A stretch of DNA of 62,857 bases, the filler included, from Trichomonas gallinae (lineage: Eukaryota): NCBI GenBank assembly GCA_008369845.1. It is 6 parts of 6 records of this genome, joined end to end, with 100 filler letters (N's around TTAATTAATTAA, not from the genome) between each part and the next. Parts side by side here need not be neighbours in the genome. Positions count along the whole stretch, not along the records: positions 1 to 12,636 come from MRSU01000023.1; positions 12,737 to 39,542 come from MRSU01000026.1; 4 more parts are not named here. One strand, given 5' to 3'. The notes under the pieces were generated by a model. It made no database searches and was not told the DNA's origin. It worked only from the letters and a program-made list of their open reading frames with translations. A program made the position numbers and the translations under genes. The first letter of the stretch is position 1; each line of letters begins with the position of its first letter. Of this stretch, positions 10,710 through 20,742 are shown one piece after another.

Positions 10710-11990
10710 ATGGAATTTGAGCAAATCCTGTCTGAGCTTGCTCAGTTCAACGCTTTTTTCAAAGGAGAAGTTGAAATACCAATAGAGAAGTACACAATGA
10801 CAATGCCATCATTGCAGCAAACAGATCCTACAGAGAAAAATCAACCCGAAAATAAAGTTCAAACTATTTCTACGACAATACCAGGAAATACGAAAACAGA
10901 TGATACATCTAAACAAAAACAAAAAGAAAAGACAATAATCAGCTCAAAATGCAAATGCTTTTATGTAATACTTAAACCAGAAGGAAGTGCGAAAGGATCT
11001 CGTTGTCTTTTGTTATATGCACCTCCATACTGCGCTATTTTAGATGAATCGAAGCCAGAACTCGAAGTTTTACCAGCAAATTCTGAATTCAGTATAGAAG
11101 ATCGCTATTTATACATAGTGACATCATTCTCAGAGCGAAAGTATTCGATTAAATCAAAACTTGATGTTTTTCAGAATATTATTCGAAGCGAATTCAAATA
11201 CTCAACTGTTCCGTATATTCTTTCCAAATTAGGATGCGATAAAGACTTAACAGTCGAATCAATGTGTGAAACATTCATTTATTCTACAATTTACTCAGAG
11301 AGTTTCTTCTTATCATTTTATTTCATGGATCCCAAGCTTTATTCTAAGCCAGAGCTCATCGAAAACTGGGTCAAAGCTTGCATGCCGATGATTGACACAG
11401 TAATGGGCAGACTTTTCGGCATATTTATTAATGATGTTGATATTACATCAATAAAGAATCCATTAGAGTTATTCCCGTTCCTTGTTGTCAACCAAATATT
11501 GTCAATGGATGAGCAATTCAAGGATTACGTTAAGATTATTGCAGAAGCAAATGTTTCTGATCTTTGTTCGTTCTATTTGAGGTGCCTAGAATCGCAGCCA
11601 TTCAACCAGAGATCGCTTATGATATTGCATTTGCTTCATTTCGAAACAAGCATTAAATATCCAGATTCTCAGTATCCACTTAAGATGGTAAGTATGGCTA
11701 TGTATGACTCAGCATTACTTCCAATGGCTCTCAATATTAATCCGAACTTCAGGCAGGCAGAGCTCAAGAATTTGATAGAATTCCAACAGACTGCAATTGC
11801 ACTTGATAATTTAACCAAATATGAGAAAATATTAGGCCTATTCAGGAAGCAGCCTCGAGACTATGAGCCACCAAGGCGTGGAGCAACAGCAGCTGATGGT
11901 CTTGATGAAATTCTGAAATATGTTGGAAGCTTCCCATCAGAATATCTTAGAGTTGCTAGAATCATGGAAAAGATCAACATTTCGCCATAA
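10710..11990 (+). CDS. Hypothetical protein, 426 aa (possibly PH-like region plus a degenerate RasGAP-like helical domain)
   Basis: Long ORF with typical upstream motifs. The domain guess rests only on weak pattern resemblance (LHFETSIKYPD...YDSALLP). Confidence 0.7.
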   Translation: MEFEQILSELAQFNAFFKGEVEIPIEKYTMTMPSLQQTDPTEKNQPENKVQTISTTIPGNTKTDDTSKQKQKEKTIISSKCKCFYVILKPEGSAKGSRCLLLYAPPYCAILDESKPELEVLPANSEFSIEDRYLYIVTSFSERKYSIKSKLDVFQNIIRSEFKYSTVPYILSKLGCDKDLTVESMCETFIYSTIYSESFFLSFYFMDPKLYSKPELIENWVKACMPMIDTVMGRLFGIFINDVDITSIKNPLELFPFLVVNQILSMDEQFKDYVKIIAEANVSDLCSFYLRCLESQPFNQRSLMILHLLHFETSIKYPDSQYPLKMVSMAMYDSALLPMALNINPNFRQAELKNLIEFQQTAIALDNLTKYEKILGLFRKQPRDYEPPRRGATAADGLDEILKYVGSFPSEYLRVARIMEKINISP

Positions 11991-12636
11991 TCCTTTTGTT
12001 TGTCAACTTATTTTTATTTATATTGTTGTAAAAGTTCTTTATTTTAAGTTTAACGTTATTTTAATCACCACAGATTATGAATTTTATCTAATTCTCATGA
12101 TTTCGATGCAATATTCTAAATAAGCAAAAAAAAGTTGTAGCAAAATTACAAAAGCCCACAAAGCTTACCAATCATTTTGTACATTGCGTATAAATACATG
12201 CGCAACGCATAAGATGATTAGTAAGCTTTGTAGACCAATCTCGAATCGAAAATTAATTATAGCTTACGAGAGTCATGATATTTTACTACATAATTTTCTT
12301 GTATATCTGTAAGTAATGACTTTTTACATATGCATGAAGTGTTTTATCAAGGTATTACATTTTAACATTTTTAATTTTTGAACTTTTTTCGTTTTGAGAT
12401 GCTTGTATTACAAATACATGACTTGTTTGGTATATTGTATAATAAAACTTGATGTTGTTAGACTTTGAGAAAAAGAAAATTAAGAAAATGGAAGATATAG
12501 ATTTGGGAGAAGGTCAGAGTGCGGCAGTTTGAGACGTGCATGCTGTGGTTTGACGCGGCTTCGAGCTGAGAATTATGAGGACAATTGTCAGGTTTCCAAG
12601 AAAAATATGCCATGTAAAATATAAACAGAAGTGAAA

Positions 12637-12736
12637 NNNNNNNNNNNNNNNNNNNNNNNNNNNNNNNNNNNNNNNNNNNNTTAATTAATTAANNNNNNNN
12701 NNNNNNNNNNNNNNNNNNNNNNNNNNNNNNNNNNNN
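12637..12736. other. Assembly gap spacer
   Basis: N44-TTAATTAATTAA-N44, exactly 100 bp. Confidence 0.98.
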
Positions 12737-12884
12737 TTGATATTTCACCGAAGATGTATTTGGAAAAGTGAAACTATATGTATTTACTACATCCTCAGGT
12801 AAAAACCCCTAGAAAAATACAATAATAATGTAGATAATATATCAATTAAAATAAGTTGGTATATCTTAAAATAATACAAACAAT

Positions 12885-13433
12885 TTATTTTCTATGTGAG
12901 TATAAATAAGAAATAACAAACATCAAGGATACTGCAATAAATAACAATAAAAATAATTCTGTAACATCTTTATCAGCCTTTCTTACACGTGGGACAAGTT
13001 TATTCATGATAATATTATTTTCATATGCTTGTATTGATATTGTTTCTAATGATACAATTTGTGATTCTAATGTTTTATCAATTTCTTTCGTTGCTGTCTT
13101 CAAATCGTTTATTAATTGTGAATTTTCGCTAAATTGGGGTGGTAAATTATATTCATTTCGATGATAATTTTGTTTTGAATTTAATAAATCGGAAAAATGC
13201 TGATTTTGTGCTTCCATAACTTTATAAAGCTTTGTAGATTGGTCGTCGTTAATAGCTTTTAATACTGAAATCAGTGCTTTATTTTGTTTAAATTTATTTT
13301 GAAGATTTTCAGTCATTTGGCTTAATTCTGATGAATTATTTTGATTCATTAGATCAATCCATTTATCCATCATATTATCAATTATCTCGATTTCACGCGA
13401 TGCCAACTCTTTTGTTTCATTCGCACCATTCAT
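12885..13433 (-). CDS. Tail-anchored coiled-coil protein, SNARE-like
   Basis: First in-frame ATG is at 13433 (the track start is GTG). Heptad region is followed by a C-terminal TM segment (LFLLLFIAVSLMFVISYLY) and a short tail. Stop is TAA within TAAA. Confidence 0.6.
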   Translation of the reverse strand: MNGANETKELASREIEIIDNMMDKWIDLMNQNNSSELSQMTENLQNKFKQNKALISVLKAINDDQSTKLYKVMEAQNQHFSDLLNSKQNYHRNEYNLPPQFSENSQLINDLKTATKEIDKTLESQIVSLETISIQAYENNIIMNKLVPRVRKADKDVTELFLLLFIAVSLMFVISYLYSHRK

Positions 13434-14120
13434 TGTCACTTTTCGTCCATATCCATTCTTGTTTCAAAAAATCCATTTATATCTCAACGAATACAAAAGA
13501 TTTCTCAAAAATAATTTCATTAGACAATGCTATTAGATATAGTTATATTAACTATCGTATCAGAATACGTTTTAAAATACCCAATATATCCATAGTTTGA
13601 TCTAATTTCATCCGAGAAACCAAAATAACATTTATGGCAATATGAAACATGATCACATGCTACATCTTGCCAAGATGACCATTTTGACGTAACCTTACTG
13701 CCACAACTGTGGACACCCAAATTCTAGCATTTGTCAAAAATGCATCAAGTTCATAGTTGAACTCTACCTGTGTAGGTTATTAGAAATGATCTAATCATTG
13801 AGTAAGTAAACATGACAGTATACTATACACACAAATAGCATGTAAGAAATTTATGATCCCTCCAACCGTATCATGAGCTAAAATTTGGAAGGATTCTGAA
13901 GAGAAAAGAAGATGTATGCACTTTTAGTAAAGGCTTTACTAGTTTTAAGGTTTTTAGTGTCCACTCTACTGATTTCTTTAAAGAGCTTCATGAGAGGAAA
14001 TTTGCAATTAGTTTTCAGTTGCTCCTGTATGAGTGAATTACAGAGAAACACCATATATCATGAGAGTATTTTTTGACAAATGCCAAAAATTTTGTTTGAA
14101 TTCCGATAAGAGTGTCGACC

Positions 14121-14125
14121 CCTTT
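14121..14125 (+). promoter_or_regulatory. CCTTT (M5-type Trichomonas core promoter element) upstream of the Rab ATG
   Basis: CCTTT lies about 20 nt before the ATG at 14146. The motif is short, so chance occurrence is possible. Confidence 0.45.
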
Positions 14126-14145
14126 AATTTTTTATTGCATTTTTT

Positions 14146-14779
14146 ATGCAAGAGGCAGATTATATTTTTAGTACATTTTGATTTCTTACACATAGAGATA
14201 GTATTGATAGGCAATGCCGGATGTGGGAAGAGCTCTCTCCTCATCAGATTTTGCGATGACACATTTTCCGATAATTATATGTCAACGATTGGCGTCGATT
14301 TCAAAATAAAGACATTCAAAATTGGCAAGCACTTGGTTAAGCTCCAAATATACGATACAGGAGGCCAAGAAAGATTCAGAACAATTACTGCAAATTATTA
14401 TCACGCTGCTGATGGAATAATTGTCGTATATGATATTGCCGATAGAGTATCATTTGATGCTGTTCCACAGTGGCTTGATGATATTGATGCATTAGCAAGA
14501 CCTGAGGCTTGCAAGATTCTAATTGGCAATAAATCTGATTTAGAACATGATAGGACTACTCAGAAAGATGAAGCAATGAATATTGCTCAGTCATTTGGTA
14601 TGCCTTTCTTTGAAACTTCTGCAAAAGAAAATTTGAATGTGAACGAAATGTTTATGAAAATGGCCGAGGCAATAAAAGAAACACATGAGAAAACTGTGAC
14701 ATCGGAAACTGAAGTCAAACCAGTGAAATTGCAAGGAAAGCCAATTGGTGAATCGAGTTGCTGGTGTACATTAGTCTAA
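14146..14779 (+). CDS. Rab-family GTPase (Rab1-like), two exons: 14146-14170 and 14196-14779
   Basis: Spliced N-terminus reads MQEADYIFKIVLIGNAGCGKS. Motifs TIGVDFK, DTGGQERF, GNKSD and ETSAK are present. C-terminal prenylation motif CWCTLV. Confidence 0.9.
14171..14195 (+). other. 25-nt spliceosomal intron (phase 1)
   Basis: Sequence GTACATTTTGATTTCTTACACATAG, with GT..AG ends and branch-like CTTAC 6 nt before the end. Removal creates codon A|AG (Lys) and the canonical Rab DYIFKIVLIG. Confidence 0.88.
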
Positions 14780-15222
14780 TTAGCTTACTAATTTTGAATG
14801 TTTATAAATTTTAATCTTTATCATACTCTAACAAAATATTTTATTGATTCAATCATATTCTATATGGATATGCACATATTATTAACAATCTGATGTAACA
14901 AATCAACCAGGGTAGCTATAGTAATCGTCTAAGAATACACGAATTTAAATTTTTATGATTAATGAAAATAATGTTCAAATCTTGGCTAATCTACATTATA
15001 TCTATAAACTATTCATGAATTCTAACATATAATGGATGATATAAGATATGATAGCATAATTTAATGCTATAAAAAATATGAAGGCTTAAGATAACAATTA
15101 GAAAATTTTAATAATATTAGATATTTTGGAAATGTAAAAATAAATAAATTATTTTACTACAAAAACTACTAAAAAAGTACAATAATAATATAGATAAACA
15201 AACACAGTATCAATAACAGACT

Positions 15223-17226
15223 CTAAAGCGTGACGAACTTCGGGTTCCTGTAGTATGCAAGTCTCTTCTTGAGAATGTTGAAGACTTCATCGTTCGATAT
15301 CTTGACTCCTGAGTTAAGAACGTGAGTTGCGACAGCTGTCTCTGTTGCCAAAATGTTCATGCCGTCCGCCAAGTTATTCGCAGGAGCATTCGGAGGAATC
15401 TCTTTGACGATGTCTTGATATGATATGTTCAAGTCAGTCAGTCTCTTGCAGAACTCCTGGAAGTAGACAGCATCATGAGCAACAGCTTTGATAGTAAAAG
15501 CAATCAAGTCTTTGTCATTTCTAATTATATTGATGATCTCATCCCACCTCTCCTTGTATATCATGAACTCAATGTAGCTAGTCAGCGAAACCTGTTTGAT
15601 GAGGAAAGCGTATTCCTCCATGCAGCCAAGTCTGAGAAGAGTCTGAGCAATTGTGCTTTTGTCGAATTTGATGCCGCTGCTCAAGAATGTCATGAGCTCG
15701 CTCTTGTTGTTGACAGCCAGTCCTGTGATGTAGGCCTCAATGACTTCCTGCGGTGGTCTGTCAAATCCGTGGTAGTAAGCGTCCATGAACTTCCAGTCGA
15801 ATCTTGACACGGAGATGACTTTTGATGGAGGAATGGTAATATCGTTATCGCAGAAATAGCGGATGATGCCATTCGTTGTTTCGTTGTCATTCTTCTTGAT
15901 GGCTTCCCTCACTATGTCAACAAGTTCCGCGATGTGGTCTTGGGCGCAGTCAGATGCATAAGGCAACAGATTGATGACAGATCTAGCAACTTTCGCTTTG
16001 AGGTATAACAGGAACGCGTCTTTCTTATTATCCGAAGCCTCTAGAATCTTCGCGAAAGGAACCAGTGGAATTCCTTTGACGTTAATCATCTCCATGATCT
16101 TTCTAGCTGACTCTTGGCTGCTGAGATGCTCTGGCCACTTGAGCGCTAATGACGACCACTGGTTGAAGAGCTGCCTGCGCCATAGTTCTTCAAGCATCAG
16201 AGGGACAAGTCTGTCGCACTGCGGATTTCCTGGCTGAAGTTTGGCTCCGAGGGTCAAGAGACCGAAAATCAGCAAAAACACGTCGAATATTTCTCTTTCA
16301 CCGACATTTCCCAGAGTTGATATAGCTTTAATTATATCAGCGCCTGGAGCTGTAATTTTGGCGAATAATTCTGGCATTTGGTGGACAATTAAAAGATATT
16401 GTGGACCAGCAGCGAGAGCAAAGCTGAAAGATGTTCCAAATACCATTGTATTCGGGAAATCTATCGGAGAGCTCCATTCACTTCTTCCAAATGTGTTGAC
16501 TCTGATAATTTGCCTATTATTATCTGTCTTGAACACGCCAAAAACTGTTTTGCCGCTATAACCGATAGGAGCAATATCAACGCAGTTGGGTGGGAGCTGT
16601 ATTTGCTGTCTCAATGTAATTTCGTGAGTATCTACCAATAAAGGCTGTATCGAGTCCTTTCCAACGATGTAAAACGCTCTCTTATCGTACGAGAAAGCAA
16701 GTTTGGGATTTGGAGGTATTGTTAGTTGTGTCATTGATAACATTGCCGTATTTTCCGAAACGACAACGAAAGAATTCTCTGTGAGTACAAAGACTCTTTC
16801 TGGTGATGATGTCAATGATAGTATGCGCGAGTCGCTGGTAAATACCAATGAGCATTTATTACTTGGAATGTCCCAGTTAAATACGTTATGCTCATCACCA
16901 ATAGCGGCATGTTGCTTAGACATCAATGAAGCGAACTTTGCATTAATAAAAATTGGTAATCTGCCTGGATTAAAAGTATTATCTTCGAAAATAAGAACTT
17001 GTGGTGTGTTATTTACGAAAATTGCTATTGGCATTTCGTATGTCATCAAAGAGAAATTAGTGACAGGCTGCTGATTTGTATATTTATACTCGTTGATTAA
17101 TAATGAATTTTGAAAAACGAAAATTTTCTGCGATTTGTTAATGACAATGCTGTACTCACCATCATTGGCAACCAAATAGGGATCCACAAAGTTCTGCGTG
17201 ATAAATGGATGAGCTTGTGTTTGCAT
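15223..17226 (-). CDS. Vps41-like HOPS subunit (beta-propeller plus alpha-solenoid, no RING)
   Basis: WSSLALKWPEHL...FAKILE...AFLLYL and the C-terminal EIPPNAPANNL...GVKISNDEVFNILKK resemble Vps41 blocks. N-terminal half is beta-rich. Confidence 0.55.
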   Translation of the reverse strand: MQTQAHPFITQNFVDPYLVANDGEYSIVINKSQKIFVFQNSLLINEYKYTNQQPVTNFSLMTYEMPIAIFVNNTPQVLIFEDNTFNPGRLPIFINAKFASLMSKQHAAIGDEHNVFNWDIPSNKCSLVFTSDSRILSLTSSPERVFVLTENSFVVVSENTAMLSMTQLTIPPNPKLAFSYDKRAFYIVGKDSIQPLLVDTHEITLRQQIQLPPNCVDIAPIGYSGKTVFGVFKTDNNRQIIRVNTFGRSEWSSPIDFPNTMVFGTSFSFALAAGPQYLLIVHQMPELFAKITAPGADIIKAISTLGNVGEREIFDVFLLIFGLLTLGAKLQPGNPQCDRLVPLMLEELWRRQLFNQWSSLALKWPEHLSSQESARKIMEMINVKGIPLVPFAKILEASDNKKDAFLLYLKAKVARSVINLLPYASDCAQDHIAELVDIVREAIKKNDNETTNGIIRYFCDNDITIPPSKVISVSRFDWKFMDAYYHGFDRPPQEVIEAYITGLAVNNKSELMTFLSSGIKFDKSTIAQTLLRLGCMEEYAFLIKQVSLTSYIEFMIYKERWDEIINIIRNDKDLIAFTIKAVAHDAVYFQEFCKRLTDLNISYQDIVKEIPPNAPANNLADGMNILATETAVATHVLNSGVKISNDEVFNILKKRLAYYRNPKFVTL

Positions 17227-17544
17227 TTTTTTGTTTTTGGAAAAATTGACACTTTATAAATAACAAAAAGAAGCAAATATATGAACTAGGCTATGTAAAA
17301 TATGCATATGTTTATAAAGAAATGGCTTGATTTTAAGTTTTTATTATTGTTTAATTTTTCATTCGATAATATTACATTTTAATAGATCCATTATCAAACA
17401 TTGCATCTTAAAATAATAGTTCTTAATTGAAATTAGATAATAATCATTATTTATCATTTATATCTATATATCAAGATAATGAAGCTTCTACGCTGCCGTT
17501 AAAATGAATCGAACTAATATATATTTTATTAAAAATATTATATA

Positions 17545-17895
17545 AAAATTATTTTAATTTGTTATTTTGCAAAATAATTAAAAATGTAAGTTATATGCTA
17601 ATAGAAATTTACAAAAATCCTCTTTCTAAAAATTTTATTGAAAAAATTAATTTAGTTTGTTATTATGAAAAATGATGAAAAATATAAATTGTATGCTAGA
17701 TCTAGATTATAAAAATCATATTCTTAAAATTAATATTGAAATAATTAATTTAATTTGTTATTTTCCAAAATTAATTATTATATAGGTTATATAGCACATA
17801 TAGGCTACAAATATCATATTTCTAAATTAATATTGAAAAAATTAATTTAGTTTGTTATTTTGCGAAATAATTAAAAATGTAAGTTATATGATAGT
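17545..17895. repeat. Degenerate AT-rich minisatellite, four ~97-bp units
   Basis: AAAAATTA.TTTA(A/G)TTTGTTATT..AAAT..TTA..AAT(G/A)TAAGTTATATG recurs near 17545, 17641, 17738 and 17836. Confidence 0.8.
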
Positions 17896-17992
17896 TATAG
17901 ATATCAAAAATCATATTTAAAAAAGAAGAAAATTAGTAACAAAATAACCTTATCGTAGAAGCGTTTAGAGAAAGTTATTTTTTAAAAAATAA

Positions 17993-20176
17993 ATGTCTCT
18001 CTCTCTTCCTCCTCTTCCACCGGAATCAGAAGCATTCCGTGTTATTCAGTACGAGCTCCAGCAGCAACTTAATGCTGTGAGAGTTAAAATTATTGAAGCT
18101 TTTGATATAACATCAATCACACAATCTCAGATTTTTGCTCAATTCTGCCAGAAAATCAACCCAATCAACGTTATTCACGCATTCATACCGTTAAATGAAC
18201 TTGATCAGCCAATTTCAGATATTGCTGCACGTGGAATTCGCGTAAATCCAAAGCGTGGTCTTCGTTTCCGTGCTGACCATGTCGTAATCGACAAATCGAA
18301 GAAGGTAGGTGAATGTATCCACTGCCTCGTTGCTCTTGGAAACACACAAAATTACATGGACATGACTGCAGACTACGAAACAAAGGAATTCATCAAGGCA
18401 CCGCCAACATGCGACAACCTCAACCCAGAATACAACTCGCTTTGCGTCAGTGCCAATAACGAATACGTTATTTTTAATGCTGATCAGGTCAGATCCCTTC
18501 AATTCATCAGATTTACAGCAGGAGAGCTCTTAGAAAATGCACCAGAGATCAATGATATCTGTGATCTCTGCCAGAAGCAAAAATCCACAGTTTGGTGTGT
18601 AAATTGCAATGCACACTTGTGCGAGGACTGCGATCGCGAGTCACATGAAGCCAACAGATTACTTAAATCTCATCAGCGCATTCCAATGGAGGAAGCAAAA
18701 CCAATGATGGAAACTTGCCCATTCCACCCAGGAGTAAGAGTCGAGCACTTCTGCCCAACATGCCAACTCCCAGTTTGCATTGAGTGCAAGATGTCTGGAT
18801 TCCATTCTAAGGGACCAGCAACATCACACACTTTAATTCCACTCAAAGACGCTTATGCTGCTGCCATCCGTGCTGGATACAACGAGTCAAAGGTATACAT
18901 TCGCCGCCGCCACATTTTACGTGAAAAAATGCAAGATGCAGATAGAAGATACGCGGATGTCATCGCAAACGCCAAATCTCTCGAAGCACGCATCATGAAA
19001 ATCGCCCAGGAGGCCATTGCTTCACTCCACGAGCAAGTTGCTGAAAGAGCTTTGATTATTCAATCGACAAAAACAGAGTTACAGAGAAAATTAGATGAGG
19101 TTGATGCTAAGTCCAACTTCGTCAAGGAGCATCTTGAATATTCTTCGCCACTTTCCGTTATTCGTGCTTTATCAATTCATGATAAGCTTATTAACGAGCT
19201 TCGTCCAGATAATGACATGCCACGTCCTCTTGCTGTCGAAGGTGACCTCGCCTTGGCAGGTTTATTGGAAGTAAAGTCAAAGCAGGAAACAATTATGCCA
19301 ATGGGCGTCAGAAATCGCGATGTTTACTTCGATGAGCGCAATGTTAGAAACATTGACTATCCATCCACAACATTCGAAGGACTTGGATCCTCAACATTCG
19401 ATTCTACAACACAATCTGGCGAAAATCGCAATATTAGGAACCGCCAGATCCCTCAGATGTCAGAGTCATATCTTTCCAATCAGCCACAGTCCACAACAGG
19501 CACATTTGACTCAACAGCATTCAACAATGTCAAGATGGATTTAGATCCAAGCGTGAAATCACTAATTAGAATCATCACTTTAACACAGATGGCATTGCGC
19601 CACGAGCAGAAGCTCCAAGCCAAGGGAATCAAGCTCGGATTTATGCCATTTGAAGGAACAACGATCTTACCAAGCGAAGAAATAGCGAGAAGGCTCTACA
19701 TGGCACTGCCATTCAAGACACAGCCAGCCACTCACCTCCTCTACACAACAGAAAGAGACCCAAGGACAATCAGAGCGATGCATGATCTAATCGATAACAT
19801 CGGGATCACCGTTGTTTTGGTTAAGAAGGGCGGCTACGTGTTCGGAGGCTTCGCAGCAACTAAGTGGAACTGCGATGGAGTCCCATTCGGCGACAAATCT
19901 TCGAGTTTCTTGTTCTCAATCAATCGCGACATCTTTATTCCTTACAGACCGAACATAGAGGACGCCTGCTACCTCTACGCGACTAAGGACACGCTCACCT
20001 TCGGCAAGTACGACCTGGTACTCGCTGGAGACTTCAACATCTGCACGGCGCAGATCGAGAAATCATACGGCATCGGACTGAAAGAAGGCTCTAAAGAGGC
20101 CAGGCTCTTCTTCCTACCTGAAAAGGAGTTCGCTGCTGACTGCGTCGAAGTCTGGGGCTTCTTCACTTCCGAGTAA
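17993..20176 (+). CDS. B-box zinc-finger / coiled-coil / TLDc domain protein
   Basis: Two B-boxes (CDLC..VWCVNCNAHLCEDCD..H..H; CPFH..HFCPTCQLPVCIEC..H..H). TLDc motifs LLY..RD, GYVFGGFA..W, SFLFS, FGKYDL, VEVWG. Confidence 0.85.
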   Translation: MSLSLPPLPPESEAFRVIQYELQQQLNAVRVKIIEAFDITSITQSQIFAQFCQKINPINVIHAFIPLNELDQPISDIAARGIRVNPKRGLRFRADHVVIDKSKKVGECIHCLVALGNTQNYMDMTADYETKEFIKAPPTCDNLNPEYNSLCVSANNEYVIFNADQVRSLQFIRFTAGELLENAPEINDICDLCQKQKSTVWCVNCNAHLCEDCDRESHEANRLLKSHQRIPMEEAKPMMETCPFHPGVRVEHFCPTCQLPVCIECKMSGFHSKGPATSHTLIPLKDAYAAAIRAGYNESKVYIRRRHILREKMQDADRRYADVIANAKSLEARIMKIAQEAIASLHEQVAERALIIQSTKTELQRKLDEVDAKSNFVKEHLEYSSPLSVIRALSIHDKLINELRPDNDMPRPLAVEGDLALAGLLEVKSKQETIMPMGVRNRDVYFDERNVRNIDYPSTTFEGLGSSTFDSTTQSGENRNIRNRQIPQMSESYLSNQPQSTTGTFDSTAFNNVKMDLDPSVKSLIRIITLTQMALRHEQKLQAKGIKLGFMPFEGTTILPSEEIARRLYMALPFKTQPATHLLYTTERDPRTIRAMHDLIDNIGITVVLVKKGGYVFGGFAATKWNCDGVPFGDKSSSFLFSINRDIFIPYRPNIEDACYLYATKDTLTFGKYDLVLAGDFNICTAQIEKSYGIGLKEGSKEARLFFLPEKEFAADCVEVWGFFTSE

Positions 20177-20742
20177 TCAACTTTTTGTATACTTATAAGT
20201 TTATTTTAATAATTGAAAATTTAAAATGTGATTTTTCTTTAATTTACGCTTATATTATTTCAAAATTGTTGCCATATTATTATTTATATTAATAGATATT
20301 GCTTTGGATCAAATAAAAAATTGTTAAAAAATATACAATATTTAGACTATTTATTGTTAATATTTTAGCTTTTAAAGATGATCTAAATAGTGTTTAAGAA
20401 CTGGTTAGTTTAGATAGTTACTTCAATAAAATCTGAATCAATATTTTTTATAAATTTTAATATATCGAATCCATATAGAGTAAATTTAATATTGGCCTGA
20501 TCTAAAATGAATAGAGAGCAATTTTGTTTTTCAAACAAATTTTATTTCTGATTTATTCCATGAAATAGATGTTATTCATTTTATTTAAAAGTCCCTAGAT
20601 TAAATTCATAGTTTAAATCATTGAAATCAAAAATAATTTTTGAAAAAATTATATTTCTCGTTTTCATAGTTTCAATGATGTTATTGTATAGATTGCAATC
20701 AATAGAAAAGATTAAATTAATAAAACATATAATAACACATAT

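Noticed and set aside
12681..12692. TTAATTAATTAA repeated five times across the window
   Set aside because: It is always centred in an exact 100-bp N block. It is an artificial all-frame-stop scaffold linker, not biology.
14033..14145. Track N-terminal extensions from GTG/TTG or far-upstream starts (also 32603, 45137, 50603, 59642, 62481)
   Set aside because: They translate AT-rich promoter DNA. Downstream ATGs match family N-termini and core-promoter spacing.
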